Assembly (NCBI RefSeq): GCF_009914755.1
Contig: NC_060930.1
Length of the DNA: 64,000 nucleotides
Strand: one strand, 5' to 3'
Origin: the human T2T-CHM13v2.0 reference genome, Homo sapiens
The notes under the pieces are model-generated. The model saw only the letters and a list, made by a program, of their open reading frames with translations. It was not told the origin of the DNA and searched no databases. Both the position numbers and the translations under genes were made by a program. Position 1 is the first letter of the stretch. Each line of letters begins with the position of its first letter. Below are positions 10,986 to 22,345 of this stretch, one piece after another.

Positions 10986-13482
10986 TTGTCTGGGAATTCA
11001 TGTAGGATCTATCCCTTTGGATCTAACATAATCCACAGGATTCTGGAGTTCATGTGGGTCTCCAAATGTCTCTGAGGCTGAAGGGAAGGACAGGTGTGAT
11101 TACCCCCACTGTTCAGGAGGTGTCAGAGCCAGGGGACCTGTGCTGCTAGTCTGGGTCATGGACGCCCCCACTCTTGTGAGGGAGAAAGTCGGGGTCTTCT
11201 GTCCAGTGTCCTCTTCCCTGTGGTCATGGAACATTTGCTCAAGCAGGCAGGGGCAGCACCTCCCTCCCAAGCCGGATGCATCTCTCTCAGGGAAGCCCAG
11301 ACTTCACTCTTGCTACAAATGACCAAGTCCCTCTTGACCCAGACAGGGCTTCCACTGGAGGGATATCAGCCTCTCTCTTCTGGTGGGGGACCCACAGGGT
11401 CCTGACACTGGTCCTATCTTCAAGGGGGATACTGGTGGTGTCCCCAAGCACTGTGCTCCCTGGCAAGGCCAAGCCCGTGGCTTCAACGTCTGCCTCCTGG
11501 AGTCCAGGCCACTCGAGGAAGGCACTGTCTTGGACGTTCATCACCCACTGCGGGCAACCCAGGAGAAACCTGGGAGAGTGTCCCCCAACTGGGCCCAGCA
11601 GCCCACAGAGCTGAGAAGACAAGGCGTTGTTCATGGTCTCTGTCCACGCTGGGCCCGGCAGCTCGCAGAGCAGAGCTGAGAAGAGGAGGCATTGTTCATG
11701 GTCTCTGGCCACTGAGATGGTGGGACAGAGGTGGAGCAGGTGACTTTGCTGCCATTCCATGATGCTCAGAGCTCATGAATAGCCAGTCACACTTACTCCA
11801 AGCACGAATTCTGGTGGTTGTTCCGCAGTTTTCACTTTGTGGATGACAGAGCCAAGATTTGGGACTGGAGCTCACGGTGCCCAGAGATGCACAGCGGGAT
11901 TTTCCCGCCACGCCATGCATTCTCCACAGGCCGAGAGTGTGCTGTGAAACCGCAAGGCTGAAACCACCTTCACGCTGGGAGCAAACGAAAGGACCCGAGG
12001 GCAAGGAATCTGATTGGTCCCCCAGTCAGATGTCAAAGGTCAGCTCTTCAGAGTGAGTCAGCCGTGAGCAGCAGCGGCTGATGGGCAGAGTCCACGAGTG
12101 AGCCCGGGTGCTTGTCAGTCCCTCCAAGGCACAGGAAATGCCCTGTTTTTCAAGTGTGCACATACACTAAGTTAGTAGGACAAGTTACATATTCCCACGT
12201 TGTTTTCCAGTGGCCTGTTTAGGGCTGGGCTTCACGTGTTCCCTGTGCTTTCCGCGTGCTGAGGAAGGCCTGCGTTTCCCTCCGTGGCTGTCAGCCTTGG
12301 ATCTGATTGTGGTATGGGAGGGGCCGGCTGCCTGTGAGGACTCCACAGCATCCCCAGCTCCATCTGCGATGTGATAGGAGCTTAGGAGAGCTGCCGTGGG
12401 GCCAGAGGGCGCTGGGTTCCAGCCTGCCCAGCATGTCTAGCGATTATTGACAGTTTTGTGTCCTGTTTTCCCATGGATCCAGGACAGCAGAAGACAGAAC
12501 CAGGTTCTCTTCCAGAGAGGCAGATTCAGCCAAGGGCTGGCCCCATCATAAGCAGGGCAGGGGGCAACTCCTCCACCACTGTCCCGACTCAGCCAGGCAC
12601 CTGGGATTCCTGGGACCACAGACCATGCAGGGCAAGACAAGAAACTCCCAGCACATGGGAAGTCTTCTGAGGGCAGCAGTTGGAGCTAAAACATGTTTTA
12701 TTCTGAGGTCGAGTAGAGTGATCTGGAAATTGAAATGAAGACAGTTTGAGAGTCTGAGTGACTGAAAATAAAATACAGATTGCCATTGAATAAAAAAATC
12801 ACAAATTAAAAAGTGCATTTTAATCTAGGGTCACAAAGGTATGTTTTTCAAAAATAATCACTTTTTTATGGAATTATGGGATTTTGAGACAAGATTGTAT
12901 CACATTGAGGTCCGAACAACTGAATTATCAGTGCCCTGTTACACCCAGAAATTAATTATATTTTAATTTAATTTTGCAAATTACCTGGAGCCACCAAGCT
13001 GGGTGGGCTCATGGCGCTCTCTGTTGGTCGCATGCAGAGCTGCCCCATGTGTTTTTTTTGACTCCTTTCTTTGGGTTGGTGTCCCTGTACCAAAATCTTC
13101 TTTTCCTCCTCTCCACAATTCACAGTGGAGTCATTTTCTGCCGGGCAATGGCATTCTCCTACTTGTCCACATTCCACCTCTTGTCATGCAGAATATCTGA
13201 GCCAAGAGAAAGGAAAATAGCTCTGAAAAGAAATAGCTACACTGGCAGAGTGAAGGTGGTTAAAAGCCTCTGAACCCTCGGCATGCCTGCGCCTGCTTGC
13301 GATTTTGGTGGCTTAGATGCCATATGAGCAGGCCTGCTTCTTTTCCTGGCCTGCAAAATAAATACGCACTTTGCTATCTCTATATTTTCTCATTGTAATA
13401 CTATCATTGTTGTAACATCAGCTTCCACTTTAAATAATCTCATCGTGTATTAAATAGGTATCTGTAAATTAACCTAGGACTA

Positions 13483-13850
13483 TGCTGTGGGCTGAATGTC
13501 TGTGTCCCACAAAATTCATATATTGAAATCTTCACCCTCAAGGGGATGGTATTAGGAAGTGGAGGCTTTGGGAGGGGATTCGTTCATGAGGCCAGAGCCC
13601 TCGTGAATGAGATGACTGCCCTTACGAAAGAGAACCCAGAGGGCTCCCCCATCCCTTCCACCCACACAAGGTTACAGCAAAAGGACAGGAAAAAAAGGAA
13701 AAGTCTAGGAAGCAACCCTCCCCAGACGCCAAATCTACTGACCCCTTGGTCTTGGACTTCCAGCCTCCAGCACTGTGAGAAATAAATCTCTGCTGTTTAA
13801 GCTGCCCAGTCCATGATTTTTTATTACAGCAGCCAACACAGACGAAGACA
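13483..13850 (+). mobile_element. MLT1A-type MaLR solo LTR
   Basis: tgctgtgggctgaatgtctgtgtcccacaaaattcatat ... aataaa ... cagacgaagaca; near-perfect TSD gacta/gactg. Confidence 0.9.
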
Positions 13851-14451
13851 GACTGCACCCACAGCTTCACAGCAGCCCATGGGAACGTGTCTGGGGAGCC
13901 GCCTCTGACTCCCTTAGGCCTGTGGACTGGCACACTACTCCTGCACTGCACTGCCTTCCAAAGAGAGTCGCCAGCTTCGTGCTCACTTCACCCTTTGGCA
14001 ACCCAGGAATGGCTCCCACCCCAGCTGAAACCTGCCCAGAAGACTCAGGTATGCTGTAGTGCAGTCTGCATTACCCACCGTCAGGGAATTGGCCTCTAAT
14101 TAGAGCAGCTCTTTTGAGGCACAGACAGGTGGCTCCAACCAGAGATGGTAGGATAAGCCTGCCCACTGCCGTGGAAACCATCCATTGGACTGTTTCTCAC
14201 CAGCAAAGCCAAGCACTGGGAAATGTACATGTGCCCTCTGATGGTCGTCTAGTGTTGTCTACCACGCATGTCACTTGTAGGTACCTTTATGTCCAACACT
14301 GATAGAGCTCTGCTTCTGGGTCCAGACATCTTCTTTGCTAATATTTTATTCTTTCTGGAAAGGTTCAGTAATGTTCTTATACCTCTGGTCAGTAAGTTTT
14401 CCCAGGAGCACAGTGTCTAACTGTAACCATCAGCTTTCATTTCAAAGCAGT

Positions 14452-15537
14452 ATCATCACTAATCATCACCATCATCACCACCACCATCTTCAATATACCA
14501 TCTTTACCACCATCATCTTCAACATACCATCATTACCACCATCATCTTCAACATACCATCATCACCACCATCTTCACTACTACCATCATTATCTTCACCA
14601 CTGTCACCATTGACTTCAACATCACCCAACATCACCACCATCATCTTCAACATACCATCATCACCACCATCTTCACTATTACCATCATCATCTTCACCCC
14701 ATCACCACTATCTTCAACATCACTATCATCACCATCATCTTCAAGATACCATCTTCACCACCATCTTCACTATCACCATTATCATCTTCACCACCATCAC
14801 CATTATCTTCAACATCACCATCATCACCACCATGATCTTCAACATACCATCTTCACCACCATCTTCACTATTACTATCATCACCACCGTCACCATCATAT
14901 TCACCATCACCATCATCACCACCATCTTCACTGTTACCATCTTCATCATCATCACCATCACCATGATATTCAGCATCACCACCATCACCATCATCATCTT
15001 CACCACCATCTTCGCTGTCACCATCATTATCACCACCATCACCATCATATTCTCATATTTGACATCACCATCATCACCACCATCATCTTCAACCTCCATC
15101 CTTACCACCATCATCTTCAACCTCCATCCTTACCACCATCATCTTCAACATCACACTCATCATCTCCATCATCTTTACCACCATCTTCACTATCACCATC
15201 ATCATCATCATCCTGATCACCATCATCACCACCATCATCTTCACCACCATCTTCACTGTCACCATTATCATCAACCTCATCACCATCACCATCATCTTCA
15301 ACATCCATCACCACCATCACCAGCATCACCATCATCATCACCATCATCTTCAACACCATCTTTATCACCATCTTCACTATCACTGTCATCATCATCATGA
15401 TCACCGCCATCACCATCGTCTTCACCATCACCATCATCTTCACCATCACCATCATCATGATCATGATCATTACCATCACCATCATCTCCACCATCATCAT
15501 CACCACCATCACCACTACCATTATCATCATCATTATT
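14452..15537. repeat. ~1.1 kb (CAT/CAC)n trinucleotide-based low-complexity repeat
   Basis: catcaccaccatcttc... throughout; produces spurious His/Thr-Ile/Met-Val ORFs. Confidence 0.98.
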
Positions 15538-15639
15538 TTTATCAAAAGAAAGCTTATGAATCGTGGAGCTTGGATTTAAGCTTCAGTGGTGGCTTCCAGA
15601 GTGTACACTCTTCCTCACTGCACTCTCTTGTACCGCTAA

Positions 15640-15790
15640 CTTTATCTGCCTCAGTTTCTCTATTTTTAAAATGGAGATAGGAACAGTGCCTCCCTACTGG
15701 AGGCTTTGTGCAGTTGAAGTGACACCGTGCATATAAAACGCCTAGCAGGATGGCTAATATGCACCCAGTCAGTGTTAGTCTGTGAGCCCC
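15640..15790 (+). mobile_element. MIR SINE
   Basis: Core tgcctcagtttctctatttttaaaatggagatagg. Confidence 0.8.
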
Positions 15791-15989
15791 AGTGGTTTGT
15801 TTGAGAAACCCTCTATGGAAACAGTGTGACGTTGGCTCTTTACTCAAATTTAAACCTTTTATTTAATACTATAAATTCACTTATTAATAGAATTTTTGTT
15901 CTCTGAATCAGAAGACGTGTATTGTGGAACAGAAAGAGCACTGGCTGAGGAGTTAAGCATCCTGGGTTCTGAGCCCCAGGCCTCTTGTT

Positions 15990-16140
15990 CTGTGATTGGC
16001 AGGTGTGGTCCCAGGCCAGCAGCAACAGCACCACCCACGAAGGTACAATCAGAAATGTGAATTCTCAGGCCCCAGCCTGGATCCTGTGAATCAGGCACCT
16101 GGGTGTGGGCCCAGCAATGTGTGCTAGAACCAGCCCTCTT
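15990..16140 (+). mobile_element. MER5A (hAT-Charlie), apparently nested in a MIR/MIR3 whose halves lie at ~15919-15985 and ~16150-16228
   Basis: gtgtggtcccaggccagcagc...agaaatgtgaattctcaggcccc...gaatcag...gggcccagcaat. Confidence 0.7.
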
Positions 16141-17274
16141 GGGGGCTCACTCTCTGAAGCTGGTCACGTCACTTAGCCTCTGTGGCCCTGCCTGTTCATC
16201 AGTCAAATGAGGGGTTTGGAGCAGATCAAGCAGGTCCTCCCCACCTCCCCGCTGCTGTTCAGATCCTGTCTGGAGCTGACTGTGACAGGGAGGGCAATGG
16301 GGTGGTGGGACTCAGCACACAACACAGCAGCTCTGCCTGAGGTGGTGGTGCTGAGTTCCTCTCCAGCCCCAGAGGCCGTGGGTGGCCATGACACTGTGGC
16401 CCTGCCTGAGGTGCTGGTGCTGGGTTCCCCTCCAGCCCAGAGGCCGTGGGTGGCCAGGGGAGCCCTGGGGTGCCTCTGAGTGCCCCTGCCCTCAGCTCCG
16501 GTGACAGACGCCGCCTTTGTATTTCCAAAGTACTGGGATGATTCGATTCTGCCACGGAAACTGAAAGAAATGAGTAAGAGGAGAGAGAGATGTAAGAATG
16601 GAAGCCAGCCAGGAAGGAGAGGAGCATCTGTGTGCTGTGAAGGGAGGCCGGGCAGATTCTGCACCAGGCCTCAGGTCGCCAGATAACCTGTGACCCGTTC
16701 AGCACCAACTGTGGACACCGTTCATTCTGGCCCACTTGTGTTCTGCCTAAGAAATGCAAATAAAATCACAGCTCTCCCACAAAGCCCTCCCTGCAGGTGG
16801 GTGTCTCTGTCCTGGAGCCTGCAGAGAGAGACCAGCCCCACCTCCTGCCTGTCTCACCATGGGTGTCTTCATCTGTGGGCACCCTTCTGTGGTGACCTTT
16901 GGGGCGGCTGGCCTGTGGTGAGCCTGGGCTTGCCGCTGCATCAGGGTGGTTTCCCATCCGTTGGAAACTGAAGCTTCTTAGCCCCTGACAGCGGACAGGC
17001 CATGCAGTTCACCATGAGGGGAACAGAACTGTCCCGCACCCGCACCCCCTTCCTTCCTAGATGGAGAAGCCTGACGGTGAGATTCTGCAGCCGAAAGATG
17101 AAACCACCTGGGGCCAAGGTTGCTACAAAAATGAGTTTCTCCAATTTCACTTGTCCCCACAGTAGATTTTGGTTGAACAAGAAATAAGCTTGTAATGATT
17201 CAAGCCCCTGAGAATTTGTGGTCATTTTTAATGGCCTCATAAGCCTACCCCATCTGGATTAATAGACAGGAAGG

Positions 17275-17404
17275 GTTGGAGAGAGGAAGGGGCAGGGTAG
17301 GTAGAAAAGGGAGAGGGGCAGGAGGGAAGGAGAGAAAGAGGTAGGGGGAGGGAGAGGGGGAGAGAGGGAGAAGGAGTGGGGAGACGGGAGAAGAGAGAGA
17401 GATT
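17275..17404. repeat. GA-rich polypurine tract
   Basis: ~130 bp almost entirely G/A on the + strand. Confidence 0.85.
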
Positions 17405-18325
17405 CTCTGTTAACTGCCTCAAGGAAAGGGATCAATGCATATGCAAAGCCGAGTGTGCTGCAGAGGATTCCAACAGGTCTCAGTTTCATTAGCGACCAAC
17501 TGAGGCCATGATTTTAACCCAGTCTTTGGAAATTAAACCATCTCTTAGAGGAGAAGCATTTGCGTCAAGCATCGCCGAACCTCCCAGCAGGGATTCACAC
17601 AGGGTTTACGTTGCCAGCTGGGTCTGGGTCCCGCGGCGGCACTGCCACCTGTCTCAGGAGGGCTTCGGTTCAAGTTGGTGCTGTCGCTTTGAAGGCCACC
17701 CATGGCTTCATGGACGTCAAGAGGGTTGGGCCAGGCTGGAGAGAGGTTGAGGCTGGGAGAGAATCACAAGAATCTCCCACACCTCCTTGTCTGGGAGACT
17801 TTGTGCTTAGACTCCATATTCCGCTTATAGGATTTTCTAAGCCTCGCGTGGAAACACCATGTCACACTATGGAAGTGGCATTAAGCTGCAGTCAGGGTCC
17901 TGGGGCCTAGGTTCTGGTTCTAACCTCTCGTGGCCACTCACTGGCACACTCCGTACCCAGGATGACCACTGTCGTGGTGTGCCCTCCACGAGCTCACCTC
18001 TGTCCCCTTCTCTGAGGTCATTCTGATTTGAAACGTTCTTGATGGGCGGGAGCTGGTTGGATGATTTGAACACTTAATGCTGCACCCTGTGCTGTCCCTC
18101 TTTGTCCAGAGACGCATTTGACACAGCAGCCAGGATCCCCCTTGGCCGCTGCTTATGGCTGAGTCCTGACTCTGTGGCCTTTTCTGTGCTTGGGGGTGAC
18201 TCTTACCCTTTCTCAGTCCGAGGGTGATGGCTGATCTGATCACTGATTGCATTGCCAGCTGGGAGCCCTAGAGACACACCAGCTTCCATGGCCGTGTTTG
18301 GGACGGCCCCCAGTTCTTCAACAGC

Positions 18326-18698
18326 TGACATTGTTTGGCTCTGTGTCCCCACCCAAATCTCATGCTGAATTGTAATCCCCATGTGTTGTGGGAGAGACCT
18401 GGTGGGAGGTGATTGGTTCATGGGGGCAGTTTCCCCCATGCTCTTCTTGCGATAGTGAGTTCTCATGAGATCTGGTTGTTTGAAAGGGGATAGCACCCCT
18501 TTGCCCTCTTCCCTGCTGCCATGTGAAGATGTGCCTGCTTCCCCTTCACCTTCCACCATGATTGTAAGTTTCCTGAGGCCTCCGCAGCCATGCCTCCTGT
18601 ACAGCCTATAGAACAGTGAGTCAATTAAACCTCTTTTCTTTATAGATTACCCAGTCTCAGGTAGTTCTTCATAGCAGTGTGAGAATGGACTCATATCA
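18326..18698 (+). mobile_element. MSTA-type MaLR solo LTR
   Basis: tgacattgtttggctctgtgtccccacccaaatctcat...attaaacctcttttc...gaatggactcatatc; flanked by acagc on both sides. Confidence 0.93.
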
Positions 18699-19011
18699 CA
18701 GCGGACAGCACCCCGGTGTTCTCACCCCTCTGACATCATGGTGCACTCAGGGAATGAAATGAAGACCAGACTCCTGCTGGCTCAGGGTCACCCATCCACT
18801 CAGTCCCAATGCACAGCAGCATGGGGGAGCGATCACTAAGTTCATTTACCCCTTAGGGGGAGTGAATTAACCTCACCCAAGCTTTCATCTTAGCCTGATT
18901 CACTCAAGGGATTAAACCCATCTGGGGATTATAGACTGGGGCTTGTGAGTCCTCTTAGGTGTTACAAACTGTCTTTTCACGCCTTCAAATTGGGAGGATT
19001 TTTATCACTGA

Positions 19012-19372
19012 TGAGTTTTGCCACTGAAAGTGTGGTCTCAGGACTGGCAACCTCAGCTTCCCTGGGAGCTGCTTAGAAATGCAGACTCTCAGGTCCACCC
19101 CAGACCCAGTCAGGATCATCCTAACAAGCCCCCGCTCCTGGGGCTCCTATCAGGTTCAGTGTGGGAGGTGCTTCTCTGGATGGTGTTTCTCCAACTTCAG
19201 CCTTCAAGAGGGTCACCTGCTGGGCCTGTTAAAGTGCAGATGACTAGGCCCACCCCAGAGTGGCTGATTCGGGAGGTCAGAGGGCTGGACGGGGCCTGGG
19301 AATTTGCCTTTCTGACGAGCTTCCAGGTGAGGCTGATCTGCTGGGTTTGGATCACACTTAGAGATCCACTAT
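19012..19372. mobile_element. Two adjacent MER5-family (hAT-Charlie) elements in opposite orientation
   Basis: aaagtgtggtctcagga...ttagaaatgcagactctcagg, then ggcctgggaatttgcctttctgacgagcttccaggtga...cacacttagagatccact. Confidence 0.72.
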
Positions 19373-19375
19373 TCT

Positions 19376-19500
19376 AGCAGGCCTCCAACTTTTTGATCTC
19401 AGGATCCCTTTGTCCTCTTCAAATGTATCAGGGGCTCCAGAGAGCTTTTGCTTATGGGCTACAGCCACTTATATTTGTGGGTTTTACCCACTTACTTATA
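19376..19500 (+). mobile_element. Charlie2-like hAT 5' end fragment
   Basis: caactttttgatctcaggatccctttgtcctctt...agagcttttgcttatggg. Confidence 0.55.
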
Positions 19501-21557
19501 CTGATACATAGATGTATTTATATATGGGATGATATGTACATTCTATTCTCACCAGGTATTGAGCATTTGAGGCAATTTACCTGAGCCTGTTGACTTTAAA
19601 GATAAGGAGGCTGTTGATTTTCAGAGCACTACGTGTAAACGCTGATGGTTGTCTCAGGCATTTTTTCCTAATCTGATGGAGTTTTTCTAGAAAATTGTAT
19701 TTCCAGAAGAAACACAACAGGAGAGTGAGCTGGTTATTGACACTTTGCCCCATGCTCTCCATGGTGTGGTTTTCAATTATGCAAATGAACCCAGAGGTTT
19801 GGCAATGTGCAGCTGCTTTGCATAAAAATGCAGATAAACAAATAAGCCTACCCCAGCTTACGCACACACATTCCGCCAGCGAGGATCGTATTGCCACCTT
19901 CCTCACCCTCAGAATCCACACGGGCCCCAAACAGAAAAGAACCAGTTTGTATAAGGTGATTATTTTAACAGGATTAAAAAAGAATTTAATGTTTGAATAG
20001 GTAATATATTCATGATTCAAAAATAAAAATGATATTAATGGATACACATTGTGAAACCCCCCTCACCTGCCCCCCCATCCCTAGAATAACCGCATTTATT
20101 AGTTTCTTCTGAACCTTCCAGGGTGATTTATACAGGTATAAGGAAACACAAACATATACTCTTGTTGTCGGCATTAACACAATCTTAGCGGTATGTTTGT
20201 GTCAGTGCATTGTCTGTATCTTTGTGAATTTGATGGGCATGTGGCTCATTTCCACCTTGAGCTGATGTAAATGATACTGCAGTGATTCACCTGAGTCATA
20301 CATTGTTCACATGGTACAAAGATGACAGTGAGAGCATGGGACCCACGAACTGCAGAAGCAAAGGGGTGGCTTTCCACCGGTCTGTCTCCATGCATGGGTT
20401 TCCGATGTTCAAATGGCCCCGGGATAAACAATGCCTCCCATCCCTCACCAAACATATTTGGGGGTACCCTTCCCTCACCCAGGGGACGGAGTGATCTGGT
20501 GGAACTTCTACTACCCACCTCAGACGCAGGCCAGGAGTCCATGGATGACCCCGACCATCCACCCTGCCTCTCCTGGCTTGGCGAAGCCGCATGTGAGTCC
20601 TCAGGCCTCCTTGGCTGTGGCTGGAGCTGGCGGGAGGAGCATTTGGAGGGGCAGGGTGGCCAAACGTGACACTGGGGTATTCAGAGGAGACCATGACTGG
20701 GATTCCTACTTTATAGAAGGGGAGTTCATTAATTCGTGAGGGAAAGAAAGTGAACAAGAGGTTCAGGTTATTTGGACGGAGGGGGTCACTGTCCCAGGCC
20801 CTGACGGCTCTCGGCGCCCAGCACCCCCCACCACTATTCACGCCTCCCCTTTCTCTTCCCTGAGCAGGGGCTGCGGCTCCCCGGGGGAGAGGACATAGGT
20901 CCTGGCTTACTGGCCCGATTGTCTCTGGTTCTCACATCCCGAAAGCCTTGAAAAGGGAAAGAGGCTCTTTTAGGAGCATCCCAGAACCCCACAGTTCTCT
21001 GGTGGAGTGGTGACACACTGCACACATTCACAGAGAGAATCGTGAGCGCCGGGGCAGGTGCGAGGTAGGGAGAGGTCACAGCCAGACAGCGCTTGCCTCT
21101 CAGGACCTCCTAACCCTGTGTTTTTTCTGAGATAGGAGTTTCCTATCCAGCCCCCCGGGGTGAGCGTGGCCACACCTTCATGGTTCATTGAAAGCAAAGG
21201 CGGGACTGACCGGAAGATTCCAGAGGCACACACAGGGCACAGGAGGCTTGACTGAGAAAAACTCGAGAAAGATGCGAAGTCCCAGGTCGGAGGGCATCAA
21301 AGTGCACGTGCCAGTCACCGTGACCAGACGGCTCACCGAAATCCCTGGGCCCAGGAGTCCTCACGCTTCCTGGAATCTGAAGGTGGGTGGCAGAGCCAGG
21401 CCAGGGCTGCAGAGCCTTCTCGACTTTGTGTCTGCAGCTCAATCCTGGCCCTGGGAGGCCCCTCTAGGAAGGACGCAGCTCTGAACTCACGATGAGTAGT
21501 GGGCTTGGCTCAGGAGGAAAGGGAGGGAATTCACCAGTGGAGAATTCTTGGCATGAC

Positions 21558-22345
21558 TTTTCTTTTAACTTTCTGCTCGTGTGGCGAAATGTACATCGCT
21601 TTGCCATGTCGACCGTTTTATGTGTGCGGCTCAGTGGCATTAAGTACATTCACAGTGTGGCGTGGCCCTCACCGCCATCTCTTTCCAGGACGTTTTCGTC
21701 AGCCTTAATAGGAGCTCCATCCCCATGGATCTGACTCCTGCCCCTCCTGCAGCCCTGGGAACTTCTGTTCTATTTTCCATCTCTAGGAATCTGACTCTTC
21801 CAGGTGCCTGTGTGAGTGGAACTACACAGTGTTTGTTCTTTTGTGTCTGGCTTGTTTCATTCAGCATAGAATGGCTTTTATCAAAAACATGGAAAACAGC
21901 GAGAGTTGAGGAGGATGTGGAGAAGTTGGTGACCTCACACATTGTTGATGGGAGCAGAAAATGGAGCTGCCACTGTCAAACAGCTTGGCAACACCTCAGA
22001 ATTAAGTATACAGTTACCATATGATCCAGTAATTCCCCTCCTAGGTGTGCACCCCAAACAATGGAAAATAGAGGTGCAGAGGCTTGCACCCCGTGTTCAC
22101 AGCAGCACCATTCACAACAGCCGACAGGTGGGAGCGAGCCGAGCATCCAAATGGAGGTGCAGACAGATGCTTGCACCCCGTGTTCACAGCAGCACCATTC
22201 ACAGCAGCCGAAAGGTGGGAGCGACCCGAGCGTCCAACAGGGGAACAGATGAGCCAAGTGTGATGCACACGCAGCGGCCTGTTATCCAGGCAGAAAACGC
22301 CATGACGTCCTGAATCCGGCTGCAGCAAGGCTGGCTCCTGGCATG
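21558..22345 (-). mobile_element. L1MB-type LINE with a 5' inversion (3' end on minus strand 21558-21868; inverted upstream piece on plus strand 21869-~22345)
   Basis: Antisense L1MB 3'UTR (tgtgtctggcttgtttcattcagcata) abuts sense ORF2-end sequence (gaatggcttttatcaaaaac...ccatatgatccagtaattcccctcctagg). Confidence 0.85.

Noticed and set aside
14335-15579. His-rich, Thr/Ile-rich and Met/Val/Asp-rich ORFs
   Set aside because: Artefacts of a CAT/CAC triplet repeat that is open in several frames
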